64,000 nucleotides of DNA, from NCBI GenBank assembly GCA_943787485.1, contig CALSMP010000002.1, positions 5,459-69,458 of the forward strand, written 5' to 3'. A program made the position numbers and the translations under genes. Under the pieces are notes generated by a model, which was given only the letters and a program-made list of their open reading frames with translations, did not search any database and had not been told where the DNA came from. The stretch comes from an uncultured Luminiphilus sp. (lineage in GTDB: Bacteria > Pseudomonadota > Gammaproteobacteria > Pseudomonadales > Halieaceae). Shown piece after piece: positions 1 to 10,560 of this stretch; the first letter of the stretch is position 1, and each line of letters opens with the position of its first letter.

Positions 1-947
1 AGAGCCGCATCATCCACAGCTGGATTGTAATGTTCGATTAAAACACCCTTCAACCAGTCCGCAATGTCAATTGCCCAACCACAGTCGGGGTTGTCGGCGA
101 CCTGCGTGATTCTTGGCATGCTCTTTCCCCCGACAAGAAGCGCTATGACATCATCTGTGGCGCGCTTTTTTGCCGTCAGGCTATAGCCCGCAATATGCGG
201 CGTCGCCAAGGCGACCACCTCAAGCTGTCTTGCCTCAATGTCGGGCTCCCCAGGCCAAGTATCCATCACAAGCTGGACGCCTCGATCCGCGAGGGTCTGT
301 AGCGCCGGCGGATTAATCAGGCCACCGCGGCCCGCGTTGATCAGCAGTTGGCCTGGCTGCATGCAGACGGCACAGGGCTCATCAATCAAGTCCACGCTGG
401 GCCACGGCGAGCGCTCATGCAGGGCTGCATGAAGTGACACAATGGGGGCCGCCAGCACCTGCTCGAAAGAGTCTCCCCGCCAGGAAGCTGGGACATCGAC
501 CCAGGGATCCCAGACGCGGGGGCTACCGCCCAAAGCGTGCACCACGCTGGCCAGCAGTCCACCTACATGCCCAAACCCCACAATGCCGATAGGCTCTCCG
601 GAAAGCAGGGTTGGTAGAAAATTCATATGCGCCAAAGCGGAGAGCACGTACTCAACCACTGCACGAGCATTGGCGCCCGGGGCGCTGGCCCACCGAATAT
701 TTTTCGCGTGCAAAAAGCCAAGATCAAGGTGATCGGTGCCCGCAGTTGCGGTCCCCACCCACGACACCGGAGAGTTTTCTAGCAGCTCACTATCGACCCG
801 CGTAATCGACCTCACGAGCAACATGTCAGCGTCGGCCACATGACGAGGCTCAATGGCGTCACCGGGAAGCAATGTCAGGCTGTCCGCTATGCGCCGCAAA
901 GAGGGTGTAACCTGGATGAGATCATCCGCGACGATACGGTATCCCAC
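1..947 (-). CDS. pdxB: Erythronate-4-phosphate dehydrogenase (3' end runs off the window)
   Basis: Not in the ORF track. Manual translation from GTG at 947 gives MGYRIVADDLI...ADMLLVRSITRVD...WVGTATAGTDH, followed by PGANA, GIVGFGHVG and ATPHIAGYS motifs. Confidence 0.9.
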   Translation of the reverse strand, partial: MGYRIVADDLIQVTPSLRRIADSLTLLPGDAIEPRHVADADMLLVRSITRVDSELLENSPVSWVGTATAGTDHLDLGFLHAKNIRWASAPGANARAVVEYVLSALAHMNFLPTLLSGEPIGIVGFGHVGGLLASVVHALGGSPRVWDPWVDVPASWRGDSFEQVLAAPIVSLHAALHERSPWPSVDLIDEPCAVCMQPGQLLINAGRGGLINPPALQTLADRGVQLVMDTWPGEPDIEARQLEVVALATPHIAGYSLTAKKRATDDVIALLVGGKSMPRITQVADNPDCGWAIDIADWLKGVLIEHYNPAVDDAA

Positions 948-951
948 GGAA

Positions 952-1494
952 CTAAGAGGCCTGTAGCTCGACGCAGTGATCTGCTGGGTGTTGCGGCACC
1001 TGTGATGCCGCGTATCGTTTCAGCGCCTGATGAAACAGTTGAGCACGTAGCGGCAGCCCTTGAGCCATCAAGCGCCTCTTCGCAGCGTCTACCTCGCCTG
1101 CAAATAGGTCCACCCTATCTTGGGTAATTGCGATACTCAGGTTATCCAAACTCACCCGAAACTGGAGCCCTACTGCCTCACAGAAAATGGCTTCCAGAGC
1201 TTGTGGTTTTACCTCAACTCGGAAAAAAGCCGCTTGCTGCAGCTCACATCGATCATCTGGGGTGTACCAATACCCGTAGTCTTCAACTTCGCGGCGCGCG
1301 CTCCCCGCCAGACACCAGTGTGCAACCTCATGCAAGGCACTTCGGCAAAAGTCATACCGGAACCCTATCCTTGCGGGATCACTTCCCGACGGTTGATAGA
1401 AAGGCTCCTCCAGCCCCCCACAGAGCAGCGTATTTTCTTCCGCCCCAAAGAGCCCGTTGAATATGGTGATGATGTCATGGCTACGCAATGTCAT
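952..1494 (-). CDS. epmC: Elongation factor P hydroxylase (YfcM/EpmC family)
   Basis: EPFYQP, SALHEVAHWCLAG, DYGYWY.PD and FFRVEVKPQALE motifs. Confidence 0.85.
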   Translation of the reverse strand: MTLRSHDIITIFNGLFGAEENTLLCGGLEEPFYQPSGSDPARIGFRYDFCRSALHEVAHWCLAGSARREVEDYGYWYTPDDRCELQQAAFFRVEVKPQALEAIFCEAVGLQFRVSLDNLSIAITQDRVDLFAGEVDAAKRRLMAQGLPLRAQLFHQALKRYAASQVPQHPADHCVELQAS

Positions 1495-1521
1495 GTCCGG
1501 CCCGCGTTTTCTTGCAAAGCA

Positions 1522-1770
1522 TCAACTGCTCTTACGAATAAGGAAACGGTACTGCCCTTCCACCCTCTCGGACTCGATCAGTTCATGACCCAAGAACTGA
1601 CAGAATTTTGCCACGTCCCGTTCGGTAGAAGGATCGGTTGCGAGCAGACGCACATAGCTGCCCGCGCCCACTTGGCGCATCTCGGCGTGCAGCAGCATCA
1701 TGGGCTCTGGGCAGCGCAACCCAATCGCGTCGACGCAGGCAACATCCAGATTCTCTTCCGTACTAGCCAT
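1522..1770 (-). CDS. tusA: Sulfurtransferase TusA
   Basis: DAIGLRCPEP and ATDPST..D..KFC.FLGH motifs; 82 aa. Confidence 0.93.
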   Translation of the reverse strand: MASTEENLDVACVDAIGLRCPEPMMLLHAEMRQVGAGSYVRLLATDPSTERDVAKFCQFLGHELIESERVEGQYRFLIRKSS

Positions 1771-1854
1771 GACTCGTTACGCCAAAGCGACCTCGCAGAC
1801 TCACCTGGGAGCCTCCTGGACAAAAGCGCCAGCGTGCTGTCGGCCTTTCAGCGC

Positions 1855-2658
1855 TTATTCCTCGGGCTTACGAAATTTGAGGGTCATACGATCGCTCTCT
1901 CCAATCGCCAGATACTTCTCTCGATCTGTATCACCCTGACTGAGGCTGGGCGGCAGGGTCCACACGCCCCCCGGATAATCCTTGGTATCTTTTGGGTTAG
2001 CATTGATTTCACTCGCCGCCTCCAAACTAAAACCCGCCAATTCGGCGAATTCGACGACCTGTGACTCGGAGACATAAGCGGTTTTTTTCATTGTCTCGAC
2101 ATCGCTACCGGCAACGCCACGATGCTGAACAATGCCAAAGACACCTCCGGGCTTCAAAGCATCATAGATCGAGGCGAAAAACATCTCGACCTGATTCATC
2201 CGCATCCAAGAGTGCACATTGCGAAAAGCCAGTGCCATATCAACCGATTCGGGTGGGACCGGCGCCATCTCGGTCGGTGGCTGAAGGAAGCCGACGACAA
2301 CGCCACTATAGGTGTCGTTATTGGCACCAAGTTTTGCCAAGAAACCCCCAAGAGAGCGACGGGCGTACGCACCTCCATTAGGCGAGTAATGGGCCGCAAT
2401 CAACTTGCCATTGTCGCGTAACAGCGGCGCGAGTACCTCGGTATACCAGCCGCCACCGGGAGACACCTCGAGCACTGTCATTCCAGGCTCCAACCCAAAG
2501 AATTCTAGGGTCTCGCGGGGGTGCCTAGCCTCATTGCGTGCAGCGTTACCCTCAGCGCGATGCTTGCCATTTAGCGCTGTGTCCCAGTCCAGCTCAGCGT
2601 TAACCAAGGGCGCCAACATCAGTCCTGTCAGCACCATGAGAATTTTAGTCCGAAACAT
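1855..2658 (-). CDS. Predicted class I SAM-dependent methyltransferase with signal peptide (COG4798-like)
   Basis: RHPRETLEFFG, VLEVSPGGGWYTE, FRNVHSW, LKPGG, INANPKD and GESDRMTLKF motifs. Start moved to ATG 2658, which has a GGAG Shine-Dalgarno-like site and precedes a signal peptide. Confidence 0.8.
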   Translation of the reverse strand: MFRTKILMVLTGLMLAPLVNAELDWDTALNGKHRAEGNAARNEARHPRETLEFFGLEPGMTVLEVSPGGGWYTEVLAPLLRDNGKLIAAHYSPNGGAYARRSLGGFLAKLGANNDTYSGVVVGFLQPPTEMAPVPPESVDMALAFRNVHSWMRMNQVEMFFASIYDALKPGGVFGIVQHRGVAGSDVETMKKTAYVSESQVVEFAELAGFSLEAASEINANPKDTKDYPGGVWTLPPSLSQGDTDREKYLAIGESDRMTLKFRKPEE

Positions 2659-2736
2659 ACCCCTACTCCCTCTATGAACTATCGCCTGCAATACCGCGTA
2701 CTATAGCCGTTTTTAGCGGTTTTAAGCGAAGGAACT

Positions 2737-3249
2737 ATGCCTCAACATTTCATTGTGTCTTTTATCGGCAACGACCGTACCGGCCTGGTAGAACAGGTCG
2801 CTGAGTGTATCCGACGTCATGAGGGCAATTGGTTACAAAGCCAGCTCAGCTATTTGGAGGGGAAATTCGCCGGCCTTATCCTGATCGCTCTGCCGCCAGA
2901 ACACGCACAGAGGCTCGAGACCGACCTGACCCAGCTTCCCAGCGGCAAGGCTTCTGTGCGAGTATCCCCCGTCTCGGGCGCAGAGACAACGACTTCTGCC
3001 AGCCATCGGCTAGATGTTCTGGGTCCCGACAGAGCGGGAATTATTAAAGAGGTTTCTCATGCACTTTCAGAGGCAAATATCAATATTGTCGCCATGGAGA
3101 CTCGCGTTGAGAATGCGCCTTTCACCGGAGAACCCATGTTCAAAGCTCAGCTCGAGGTAAATGTTCCTGTCAACGTCGATGTCGGCATCCTCCACGCAAG
3201 GCTCGAGGAGATTGCCGAGGCCATGACCCTTGAAATCGACCTGCACTAA
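2737..3249 (+). CDS. Double ACT-domain protein, GcvR (glycine cleavage repressor)-like
   Basis: Two ACT motifs, GNDRTGLV and GPDRAGII; 170 aa. Confidence 0.8.
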   Translation: MPQHFIVSFIGNDRTGLVEQVAECIRRHEGNWLQSQLSYLEGKFAGLILIALPPEHAQRLETDLTQLPSGKASVRVSPVSGAETTTSASHRLDVLGPDRAGIIKEVSHALSEANINIVAMETRVENAPFTGEPMFKAQLEVNVPVNVDVGILHARLEEIAEAMTLEIDLH

Positions 3250-3267
3250 GCTCTGCTCGGGCGCAGA

Positions 3268-3495
3268 TTACCGACCCCGCTGCCTTGACCGGCGCAGACG
3301 GTGTAAAAGCCATCCTCCCATGCCGGCGAGAGCGATCACCGCGCCGATGGCCACCAGAGCCTGAAATAATAGCCACGCTAAATTTTGGGGTGGCACGCCC
3401 ACGATATCCACAGCGCCCCAGAGCAAGGCAATAACCGCGCCAAGTCCAAGCACAAGGGTTCGCCACTTGTTGCGCGAGGCGCGGTTCCACCCCAT
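3268..3495 (-). CDS. Small two-TM membrane protein of unknown function
   Basis: 75 aa, two hydrophobic segments, basic termini, AGGGGA upstream; fills the gap after aroC. Confidence 0.65.
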   Translation of the reverse strand: MGWNRASRNKWRTLVLGLGAVIALLWGAVDIVGVPPQNLAWLLFQALVAIGAVIALAGMGGWLLHRLRRSRQRGR

Positions 3496-3528
3496 AGAGA
3501 CATCCCCTCTAAAGACGTTAACGGTCGG

Positions 3529-4635
3529 TCAGGAAGCGAGCGGTGATCCGGGAATCTGGGGCGTTCTGAACTGAACGTCACCGTTCTGTCCCCGCTGCCG
3601 CAGAGCGTGGTCCATAAGGACCAATGCCATCATCGCTTCGGCGATGGGCACAGCACGAATACCAACGCAGGGATCGTGCCGGCCGGTGGTCACCACTTCC
3701 GCATCATTGCCATCGATGTCGATGCTTTTACCCGGCAACCGAATACTGGAAGTTGGTTTGAGGGCAAGGCTTGCTCTAATCGCCTGACCCGAGGAGATAC
3801 CACCTAAAATGCCGCCCGCCTCATTGCTTAGAAAGCCCGCCGGTGTAATCTCGTCACGATGCTCTGATCCCTTCTGCTCGACAACACGAAAACCCGCACC
3901 AATTTCAACACCTTTGACCGCGTTGATACTCATTAGGGCGCCGGCAATATCGGCATCAAGACGATCAAAAACTGGCTCTCCTAATCCCGGCGGCACTCCT
4001 TCGGCTACTACCTCAAGGCGGGCACCAATGGAGTCGCCCTCTTTGCTCAAGGCCTGCATGTAGGTTTCCAGCTGGGGAACTAATATGGCGTCGCCGCAAA
4101 AAAAAGGGTTCTGTTCCACGAGAGACCAATCGTGACTGGCCGCTTTCAGGGGGCCGAGCTGGGAGAGATATCCGCGTACCGTGACATTGTACTTTTCCGC
4201 CAACCATTTTTTCGCTATGGCACCTGCAGCGACCCGCATAGCGGTCTCGCGCGCAGAGGATCGACCACCACCTCGATAGTCGCGCAGCCCGTACTTCTGC
4301 TGATAGGTATAGTCTGCATGCGCCGGGCGAAACTGATCTTTAATTTTACTGTAGTCTTTAGAGCGCTGATCGGTATTTCTAATAAGCAGCCCGATCGGCG
4401 TTCCCGTTGTCACACCCTCAAATACGCCCGAGAGTATTTCCACATCATCGCCCTCACGCCGCTGTGTCGTATATCGGCTCTGGCCTGGCTTTCTGCGATC
4501 GAGATCGCGCTGCAAGTCGGCGGATGACAGCGCCATGCCCGGCGGGCAACCATCTACAATAGCGCCTAGTGCCGCCCCATGGCTTTCACCAAAGGTGGTT
4601 ACGCAAAATAATTTTCCAACGCTATTGCCCGACAT
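3529..4635 (-). CDS. aroC: Chorismate synthase
   Basis: [24 protein letters not shown] and GRHDPC signatures. Confidence 0.98.
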   Translation of the reverse strand: MSGNSVGKLFCVTTFGESHGAALGAIVDGCPPGMALSSADLQRDLDRRKPGQSRYTTQRREGDDVEILSGVFEGVTTGTPIGLLIRNTDQRSKDYSKIKDQFRPAHADYTYQQKYGLRDYRGGGRSSARETAMRVAAGAIAKKWLAEKYNVTVRGYLSQLGPLKAASHDWSLVEQNPFFCGDAILVPQLETYMQALSKEGDSIGARLEVVAEGVPPGLGEPVFDRLDADIAGALMSINAVKGVEIGAGFRVVEQKGSEHRDEITPAGFLSNEAGGILGGISSGQAIRASLALKPTSSIRLPGKSIDIDGNDAEVVTTGRHDPCVGIRAVPIAEAMMALVLMDHALRQRGQNGDVQFRTPQIPGSPLAS

Positions 4636-4667
4636 GATGCGGCCTCCCCCGCCAAGTATACCCGCGT

Positions 4668-5555
4668 CTACTCACTTCCAGCGCCATAACGTAAATACTG
4701 CAACTCTTGCTGTGCGATGACACAAACTCCATGCCCACCCCACTCGAGGTCCAGCCACTCAAAGGCAAAATGAGGAAATGCTTCTTCAAGGGCCGTCCAA
4801 CTGTTTCCAACCTCGAGAAATAAATGCCCCTCCTCGTCAAGACAATCCGCGGCTTCCGCGAGCAACCGATAAACCAACAACAAACCATCGACGCCGGCCG
4901 CCAACGCCCGATTGGGTTCATGGCCAAATTCGGGCGGCAATGCTTGCATATCTTCCCCATCAACATATGGAGGATTTGCCAGAATAACGTCAATGCTGCG
5001 AGGCGCTATCCCTGACAACAAATCAGCACGCAGCAAACGTGCATTGGGGGGCGCATGCATCAGGAGATTTTCTCTGGCGAGGTTCAGTGCGTCGACATCA
5101 ATATCCGATAGCGTAATCACCGCATCAGGCCGATTGAGTGCCGCAAGTATTCCAAGACTACCACCCCCACAGCACAGATCGACAATGTGACGAGGCGTCC
5201 GAGTGCACCACGGTTGATAATCCGCCGCGATGACCTCCATGAGCGGAGACCGGGGCACCAGCGCCCTGCTGTCGCAAACAAACTCCAACGGGCCAAGCCA
5301 TGCCTTGCCAATTATGTAGGCGGTGGGCAACCGATGTATGGCTCGCTGCTGAACAAAATCAGCCAGCCGCTCAAGTGCCGTCGTTTCAAGCACAGCGCCA
5401 AGAACTGATTTATCAGTCGTCGCAGACATCCGAGCGGCGGCAAGTACAAGGGCGACAGCCTCATCGTGTACCGAATCGTAACCATGGCCACAATAAATCG
5501 GAACGGCGGCTAGCGTGGCTTTGGTGGTATCAATAGCCTCTTGGAAGGTTGTCAT
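4668..5555 (-). CDS. prmB: Ribosomal protein L3 N5-glutamine methyltransferase
   Basis: GHGYD, ALVPRSP, DLCCGGG, NPPY and EVGNS motifs; conserved position next to aroC. Confidence 0.92.
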   Translation of the reverse strand: MTTFQEAIDTTKATLAAVPIYCGHGYDSVHDEAVALVLAAARMSATTDKSVLGAVLETTALERLADFVQQRAIHRLPTAYIIGKAWLGPLEFVCDSRALVPRSPLMEVIAADYQPWCTRTPRHIVDLCCGGGSLGILAALNRPDAVITLSDIDVDALNLARENLLMHAPPNARLLRADLLSGIAPRSIDVILANPPYVDGEDMQALPPEFGHEPNRALAAGVDGLLLVYRLLAEAADCLDEEGHLFLEVGNSWTALEEAFPHFAFEWLDLEWGGHGVCVIAQQELQYLRYGAGSE

Positions 5556-5621
5556 CGAGAAATACCAGCCTAGGTCGAGGGTGCCATGCTACCATTCCGT
5601 CCTCTTGGCGGGAGACGCACA

Positions 5622-6176
5622 GTGGAAAAGTATTGGCAAAAAATACTCGAGCATGTAGGGGAGGATACCTCGCGGCCCGGGTTGTTAGACACGCCGAAAA
5701 GAGCGGCCACAGCGTTCTCCTTTCTGACCAGGGGCTACAAGCAAGATCTGGCTACGGTTGTCAATGACGCCCTGTTTCCCTCGGATTCCAGCGAGATGGT
5801 GCTGGTTCAGGATATCGAGATGTACTCGCTGTGCGAACATCACATCCTCCCGTTTATCGGCCGCTGTCATGTTGCCTACATCCCTCAGGGAAAAGTGCTT
5901 GGCCTATCAAAGGTCGCTCGCATCGTCGACATGTTTGCCCGCCGACTTCAAATTCAGGAACAGCTAACCGTTCAAATTGCCGAGAGCATTCTAGACGTCA
6001 CAGGAGCGCTTGGCGTAGGCGTCATTATTGAAGCCGAGCACATGTGCATGATGATGCGCGGTGTGGAAAAGCAAAACTCCTCGACCAAAACCTCCGCTAT
6101 GCTTGGGTCTTTTAGATCCGACGCCCGCACCCGGGATGAGTTTCTCGCCCTGCTGCAGATGCGATCAAATCGCTGA
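5622..6176 (+). CDS. folE: GTP cyclohydrolase I
   Basis: [25 protein letters not shown] and HMCMMMRGV motifs. Start moved to GTG 5622 behind GGAG. Confidence 0.97.
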   Translation: MEKYWQKILEHVGEDTSRPGLLDTPKRAATAFSFLTRGYKQDLATVVNDALFPSDSSEMVLVQDIEMYSLCEHHILPFIGRCHVAYIPQGKVLGLSKVARIVDMFARRLQIQEQLTVQIAESILDVTGALGVGVIIEAEHMCMMMRGVEKQNSSTKTSAMLGSFRSDARTRDEFLALLQMRSNR

Positions 6177-6190
6177 ACCAAAACCCGCTG

Positions 6191-7081
6191 TTACGTGGCT
6201 ATAAACGTCGCTATTGCGTCGGCCAAAGCGGGCGCCGTCGTCTCACTCATATGAAGATGATGGCCGCCGTTAAACTCAAGCTGCTTGAATTTTTTAAAGT
6301 GACGGCTCGCTTCCTCCAGCATTTTTTCCGGCACTCCTGCTCGGGAAAACAAACCGTCTCGGGCTCTGACCGCCAGTACAGGCGCCGTAACGCTGGCGTA
6401 TATTTCGTCACGTTGCTGCGCGCTCAACCAAAGCGCAGAGGCACCATGAAGCCGAGGATCGGTGCGCAAACGAAAACCGGCGTCTACAGTCTCTAAGGCC
6501 CTAGGTGCCAGCTTATAGGCGCTGTCATCCTCGAACCCAAATGCGCGCCTGCGTTCCACGAACTCTTCAACCGACTGAAAGATACGGGGCGCTCTAGTCA
6601 TATATTTTTGTCGATCGGCGACAAATCTCGTCAACTGATCAGATGTATTGTTGTCATCATTGAAGGCGTTAATGAGCCCATCAATCAAGATCAGGTGGCT
6701 GCAGGCGGACCCCAAAATGCCAGCAAGTATCGTGGCGATAGCCGCTCCCCGACTGTGGCCCAAAACCACGACCGATTGGTCGCCTAGCGAGCGCGTTAAT
6801 GCCGCGAGTTGAGGCACGTCATCCCATATGTTGTAGGTGGCATCGGGTGAGCGCCAGTCGCTGAGACCGTGCCCCGACAAATCCAGCGCTATAACCCGAA
6901 AGGGCGCTAGGCGCGGTCCAAGCTCTGCAAAGGAAAGTGCATTATCGAGCCAGCCGTGAATAGCGATAATCGTAGATGGCCCCTTTCGGCGCCACTCTAT
7001 GCCAGCGTAGGTGAGCCCATCTAGGGGAAACGCGACAGGCGCGCCCGAGCCGCATTCTTGTACTGTGGATTCAGATTTCAT
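6191..7081 (-). CDS. Alpha/beta fold hydrolase
   Basis: HGWLDN, GHG.S, nucleophile GHSRG and C-terminal GGHHLH. Confidence 0.9.
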   Translation of the reverse strand: MKSESTVQECGSGAPVAFPLDGLTYAGIEWRRKGPSTIIAIHGWLDNALSFAELGPRLAPFRVIALDLSGHGLSDWRSPDATYNIWDDVPQLAALTRSLGDQSVVVLGHSRGAAIATILAGILGSACSHLILIDGLINAFNDDNNTSDQLTRFVADRQKYMTRAPRIFQSVEEFVERRRAFGFEDDSAYKLAPRALETVDAGFRLRTDPRLHGASALWLSAQQRDEIYASVTAPVLAVRARDGLFSRAGVPEKMLEEASRHFKKFKQLEFNGGHHLHMSETTAPALADAIATFIAT

Positions 7082-7123
7082 GGTCCATGGTAGCAGCAGT
7101 TATAAAAATCTGGGGACCCGTCG

Positions 7124-7591
7124 TCAGGGAGCAGGCTGTCCCCGTAGCAATGACGCCCCACCCCTGGAGCCAGTAACAAGGGCCAATACCGCGTGCCCTC
7201 CCGGCTGTAGTGGCGGAAGAGCACGGTCGTCGAGCAAGCGCCAGATAAGCGACGATACGAAGGGTTGGTGCCCAACAAGTAGAACATGCTCATCCTGAGA
7301 CTGCTCTAGCCAGCTTCCTAGCTCCTGAACCGTCGCTGCGTCCGGTGCCAATGTTGGAAGCGGATAGGTGGGAACCCCTAGCGCCTCACCAAGAATGTCA
7401 GCGGTTTGTCGGGTTCTTACCAAGGGACTGTGATAGATACGCTGAGGCAACACCAGATCACTGGACTCAAGAAATGCAGAAAAGCCCTCAGAAGCAACAG
7501 CGAGCTCACTTCTGCCCCGCTCCGTTAGATGACGCTGCTCATCCGGCACCGTCTGAGCGGCCTCACCATGGCGCCAGATCGTTACTATCAT
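7124..7591 (-). CDS. sixA: Phosphohistidine phosphatase SixA family
   Basis: [16 protein letters not shown] and VGHQP motifs; 4-bp overlap with the htpG stop. Confidence 0.85.
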   Translation of the reverse strand: MIVTIWRHGEAAQTVPDEQRHLTERGRSELAVASEGFSAFLESSDLVLPQRIYHSPLVRTRQTADILGEALGVPTYPLPTLAPDAATVQELGSWLEQSQDEHVLLVGHQPFVSSLIWRLLDDRALPPLQPGGHAVLALVTGSRGGASLLRGQPAP

Positions 7592-9513
7592 TGACTTAAA
7601 TCGAGTAGTAGACGATTGAGTCTGCTGACGTATGTCGCGGGATCCTCCAGTGGCGAGCCCTCTGCCAAAGTCGCCTGATCAAAAATGATTTTACTGAGAT
7701 CCGCAAAACGCTCCTCATCCTGCTCATTATCTAGTCTGACGAGCAGTGGGTGGGCCGTGTTGAGTTCTAAAATGGGCTTGCTGTCGGGAACATCCTGCCC
7801 AGCCGCCTCAAGAATGCGGCGCATCTGAGCACCCATTTCGTGTTCGCCTACCACCAGACAGGCCGGGGAGTCTGTGAGGCGCAGCGTGGGCCGAATCTCT
7901 GCCACCTCTCCAGCAAGAGCCACCCCCATCCGTTCAATCAGACCCTCGCTGTCTTTTTTGGCCGACTCTAAGGCTGCTTTATCCTCTTCGTTATCCGCTT
8001 CGAGTTCTAGATTTCCACGCGCCACGTCTTTGAGAGGTTTACCGTCAAATTCCATCAGGTGACTCATTAGCCACTCATCGATGCGATCCGAAAGCAACAA
8101 CACCTCTATCCCCTTCTTACGGAACACCTCTAGATGGGGACTGTTCTTGGCGGTAGCGTGATTTTCTGCGACGACATACCAGATAGCATCCTGACTATCG
8201 GCCATGCGCTCAACATAATCGTTCAGACCAATCGATCGTTCGGCGTTGTCGTCATGGGTGGTCGAAAAGCGCAACAGCTTGGCAATTTTTTCGCGATTCG
8301 CATAGTCTTCAGCGGGACCTTCTTTAAGAACTTCACCAAAGGTGTCCCAAAACTGCTGATACTTTTCTGATTCAGCGCTAGCCATTTTCTGCAGCATGTC
8401 CAGCACGCGCTTGGTCAACGCGGACTTGATCGACTCCACACTTGGGTTTTGCTGCAGGATCTCGCGGGATACGTTGAGCGGCAGGTCATTGGAATCAAGC
8501 ACGCCCTTTACGAATCGGAGGTAGAGGGGCAAGAACTGCTCGGCGTCATCCATGATAAACGTGCGCTGCACGTACAGCTTTAGACCACGAGCCCCTTCTC
8601 GATTCCAGAGATCGAACGGAGCCTTTGCCGGAAGGTAGAGCAGCGAGGTGTACTCCAGCTTGCCTTCCACGCGGTTGTGACTCCAAGAAACCGGATCCTC
8701 AGCGTCGTGGGAAATGTGCTGATAAAACGCTTTGTACTCGTCATCCGACACCTCTGAACGACTCCTCGTCCACAGTGCCTTTGCTTCATTAATCGCCTCC
8801 CACTCAGGAGCATCGGATGCTTCAGCCTGTTCCCCGCCCTCCTCAGCTTCATCCGAGACTGAAGGCATGGCCTTGGGCATAAGAACCGGCACTGAAATAT
8901 GATCAGAATATTTCTTGATCACACTTCGTATGCGCCAATCGTTGGCGAATTCCTCGGCGTCCTCTTTTAGGTGGAGAATGATGGTCGTTCCCGCTTCCGT
9001 CCGCTCACCGCTCTCAATCGTGAAGTCGGCTTCACCTGAGGATTCCCAGCGGGTTGCTTGATCCTCGGCTACACCGGCCTTGCGCGTGATTACAACAACG
9101 GAATCGGCCACAATAAAAGACGAATAAAAGCCGACGCCAAATTGCCCGATGAGCTGGCTGTCTTTCTTCTGGTCACCACTTAACTGCTCCATAAACGCCG
9201 CCGTTCCTGACTTCGCGATGGTTCCCAGATTCTCTATTACCTCCTCGCGGGTCATACCGATCCCATTGTCTTCAATGGTGACTGTCTTTGCGTCACCGTC
9301 AACAGACACCCGAATACAATACTCGCCACCCTCCGCCACAAGGCTCGGGTCCTGTACGGCGGCAAAGCGATGCTTGTCGATGGCATCCGATGCATTGGAT
9401 ACCAGCTCGCGCAAAAAGATCTCCCGGTTTGAATAAAGCGAGTGGATCATGAGTTGAAGAAGCTTCTTGGCCTCGGTCTGAAAACCGAGGGTTTCACGGG
9501 CTGCTGCAGTCAT
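7588..9513 (-). CDS. htpG: Chaperone HtpG (Hsp90)
   Basis: [18 protein letters not shown] and [10 protein letters not shown] motifs; 641 aa. Confidence 0.98.
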   Translation of the reverse strand: MTAAARETLGFQTEAKKLLQLMIHSLYSNREIFLRELVSNASDAIDKHRFAAVQDPSLVAEGGEYCIRVSVDGDAKTVTIEDNGIGMTREEVIENLGTIAKSGTAAFMEQLSGDQKKDSQLIGQFGVGFYSSFIVADSVVVITRKAGVAEDQATRWESSGEADFTIESGERTEAGTTIILHLKEDAEEFANDWRIRSVIKKYSDHISVPVLMPKAMPSVSDEAEEGGEQAEASDAPEWEAINEAKALWTRSRSEVSDDEYKAFYQHISHDAEDPVSWSHNRVEGKLEYTSLLYLPAKAPFDLWNREGARGLKLYVQRTFIMDDAEQFLPLYLRFVKGVLDSNDLPLNVSREILQQNPSVESIKSALTKRVLDMLQKMASAESEKYQQFWDTFGEVLKEGPAEDYANREKIAKLLRFSTTHDDNAERSIGLNDYVERMADSQDAIWYVVAENHATAKNSPHLEVFRKKGIEVLLLSDRIDEWLMSHLMEFDGKPLKDVARGNLELEADNEEDKAALESAKKDSEGLIERMGVALAGEVAEIRPTLRLTDSPACLVVGEHEMGAQMRRILEAAGQDVPDSKPILELNTAHPLLVRLDNEQDEERFADLSKIIFDQATLAEGSPLEDPATYVSRLNRLLLDLSQ

Positions 9514-9550
9514 TGGCGGTTGGACCTCGTAAAAAGAACTGTAACTGCAG

Positions 9551-9578
9551 AAATGGGGTCAAATGCGCAATGTTCAAG
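9551..9578 (-). promoter_or_regulatory. Sigma-32 (RpoH) heat-shock promoter of htpG
   Basis: Minus strand reads CTTGAA-N14-CCCCATTT, 38 bp upstream of the htpG ATG; matches the RpoH consensus. Confidence 0.85.
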
Positions 9579-9645
9579 GGCATAAATGCCCGAATCCCGG
9601 CGTCATAGGCTTTTTCTGATTAAGTATAGGCAGCGATGGAGGGGC

Positions 9646-9674
9646 AAAAAAAACCCGCGTAGAACGCGGGTTTT
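9646..9674 (-). terminator. Intrinsic terminator after sucD
   Basis: Minus strand AAAACCCGCGT-TCT-ACGCGGG followed by T8. Confidence 0.88.
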
Positions 9675-9687
9675 CATTCGAGTGGCT

Positions 9688-10560
9688 TTACCAGCCAGTG
9701 ATCTCTCGCATCGCGTCGCCAATATCGGCCAAACTTCTCACGGTCTTCACGCCGGCATCCTCAAGCGCCGCAAACTTTTCATCCGCCGTTCCCTTACCGC
9801 CCGAGATGATGGCCCCTGCGTGTCCCATCCGTTTACCTTTGGGTGCGGTTACGCCAGCGATATAGGATACGACGGGTTTAGTCACGTTGGCCTTGATAAA
9901 TGCCGCGGCCTCCTCCTCGGCGGTACCACCAATCTCCCCTATCATAACAATCGCTTCCGTCTGCGGGTCGTCCTGGAACAGGCCCAATATATCGATAAAG
10001 TTCGATCCCGGGATAGGATCGCCCCCGATCCCAACACAAGTCGACTGACCGAAGCCCGCGTCTGTGGTCTGCTTGACGGCTTCATAAGTCAGCGTGCCAG
10101 ACCGCGAGACAATGCCAACACGTCCAGGCAAATGGATGTGCCCGGGCATAATCCCAATCTTGCACTCTCCCGGGGTGATCACACCGGGGCAATTTGGGCC
10201 AACCAGACGAACACCCAGTTCGTCACACTTGACTTTACAGTCGAGCATATCGAGGGTTGGGATCCCTTCCGTGATACAGACAATCAGCTTGAGGCCTGCG
10301 TTGGCAGCTTCCAAAATGGAGTCTTTACAAAAAGCGGCCGGCACATAAATCACCGAGGCTTCTGCGCCGGTGACCTCAGCGGCCTCTGCGACGGTGTTAA
10401 ATACTGGAAGGCCAAGATGCTTCTGCCCACCCTTACCCGGTGTGACGCCACCAACCATCTTGGTGCCGTACGCCACTGCCTGCTCTGAGTGAAAGGTACC
10501 TTGTGAACCGGTGAATCCCTGACAAATGACCTTGGTATCTTTGTTGATTAAAACGCTCAC
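9688..10560 (-). CDS. sucD: Succinyl-CoA synthetase alpha subunit
   Basis: [22 protein letters not shown] and RMGHAGA motifs. Confidence 0.98.
   Translation of the reverse strand: MSVLINKDTKVICQGFTGSQGTFHSEQAVAYGTKMVGGVTPGKGGQKHLGLPVFNTVAEAAEVTGAEASVIYVPAAFCKDSILEAANAGLKLIVCITEGIPTLDMLDCKVKCDELGVRLVGPNCPGVITPGECKIGIMPGHIHLPGRVGIVSRSGTLTYEAVKQTTDAGFGQSTCVGIGGDPIPGSNFIDILGLFQDDPQTEAIVMIGEIGGTAEEEAAAFIKANVTKPVVSYIAGVTAPKGKRMGHAGAIISGGKGTADEKFAALEDAGVKTVRSLADIGDAMREITGW

Noticed and set aside
1120-2064. 314-aa plus-strand ORF
   Set aside because: Antisense to three well-supported genes (epmC, tusA, methyltransferase); no recognisable domain.
9586-10488. 300-aa plus-strand ORF
   Set aside because: Antisense shadow of sucD; no recognisable motifs or ribosome-binding site.
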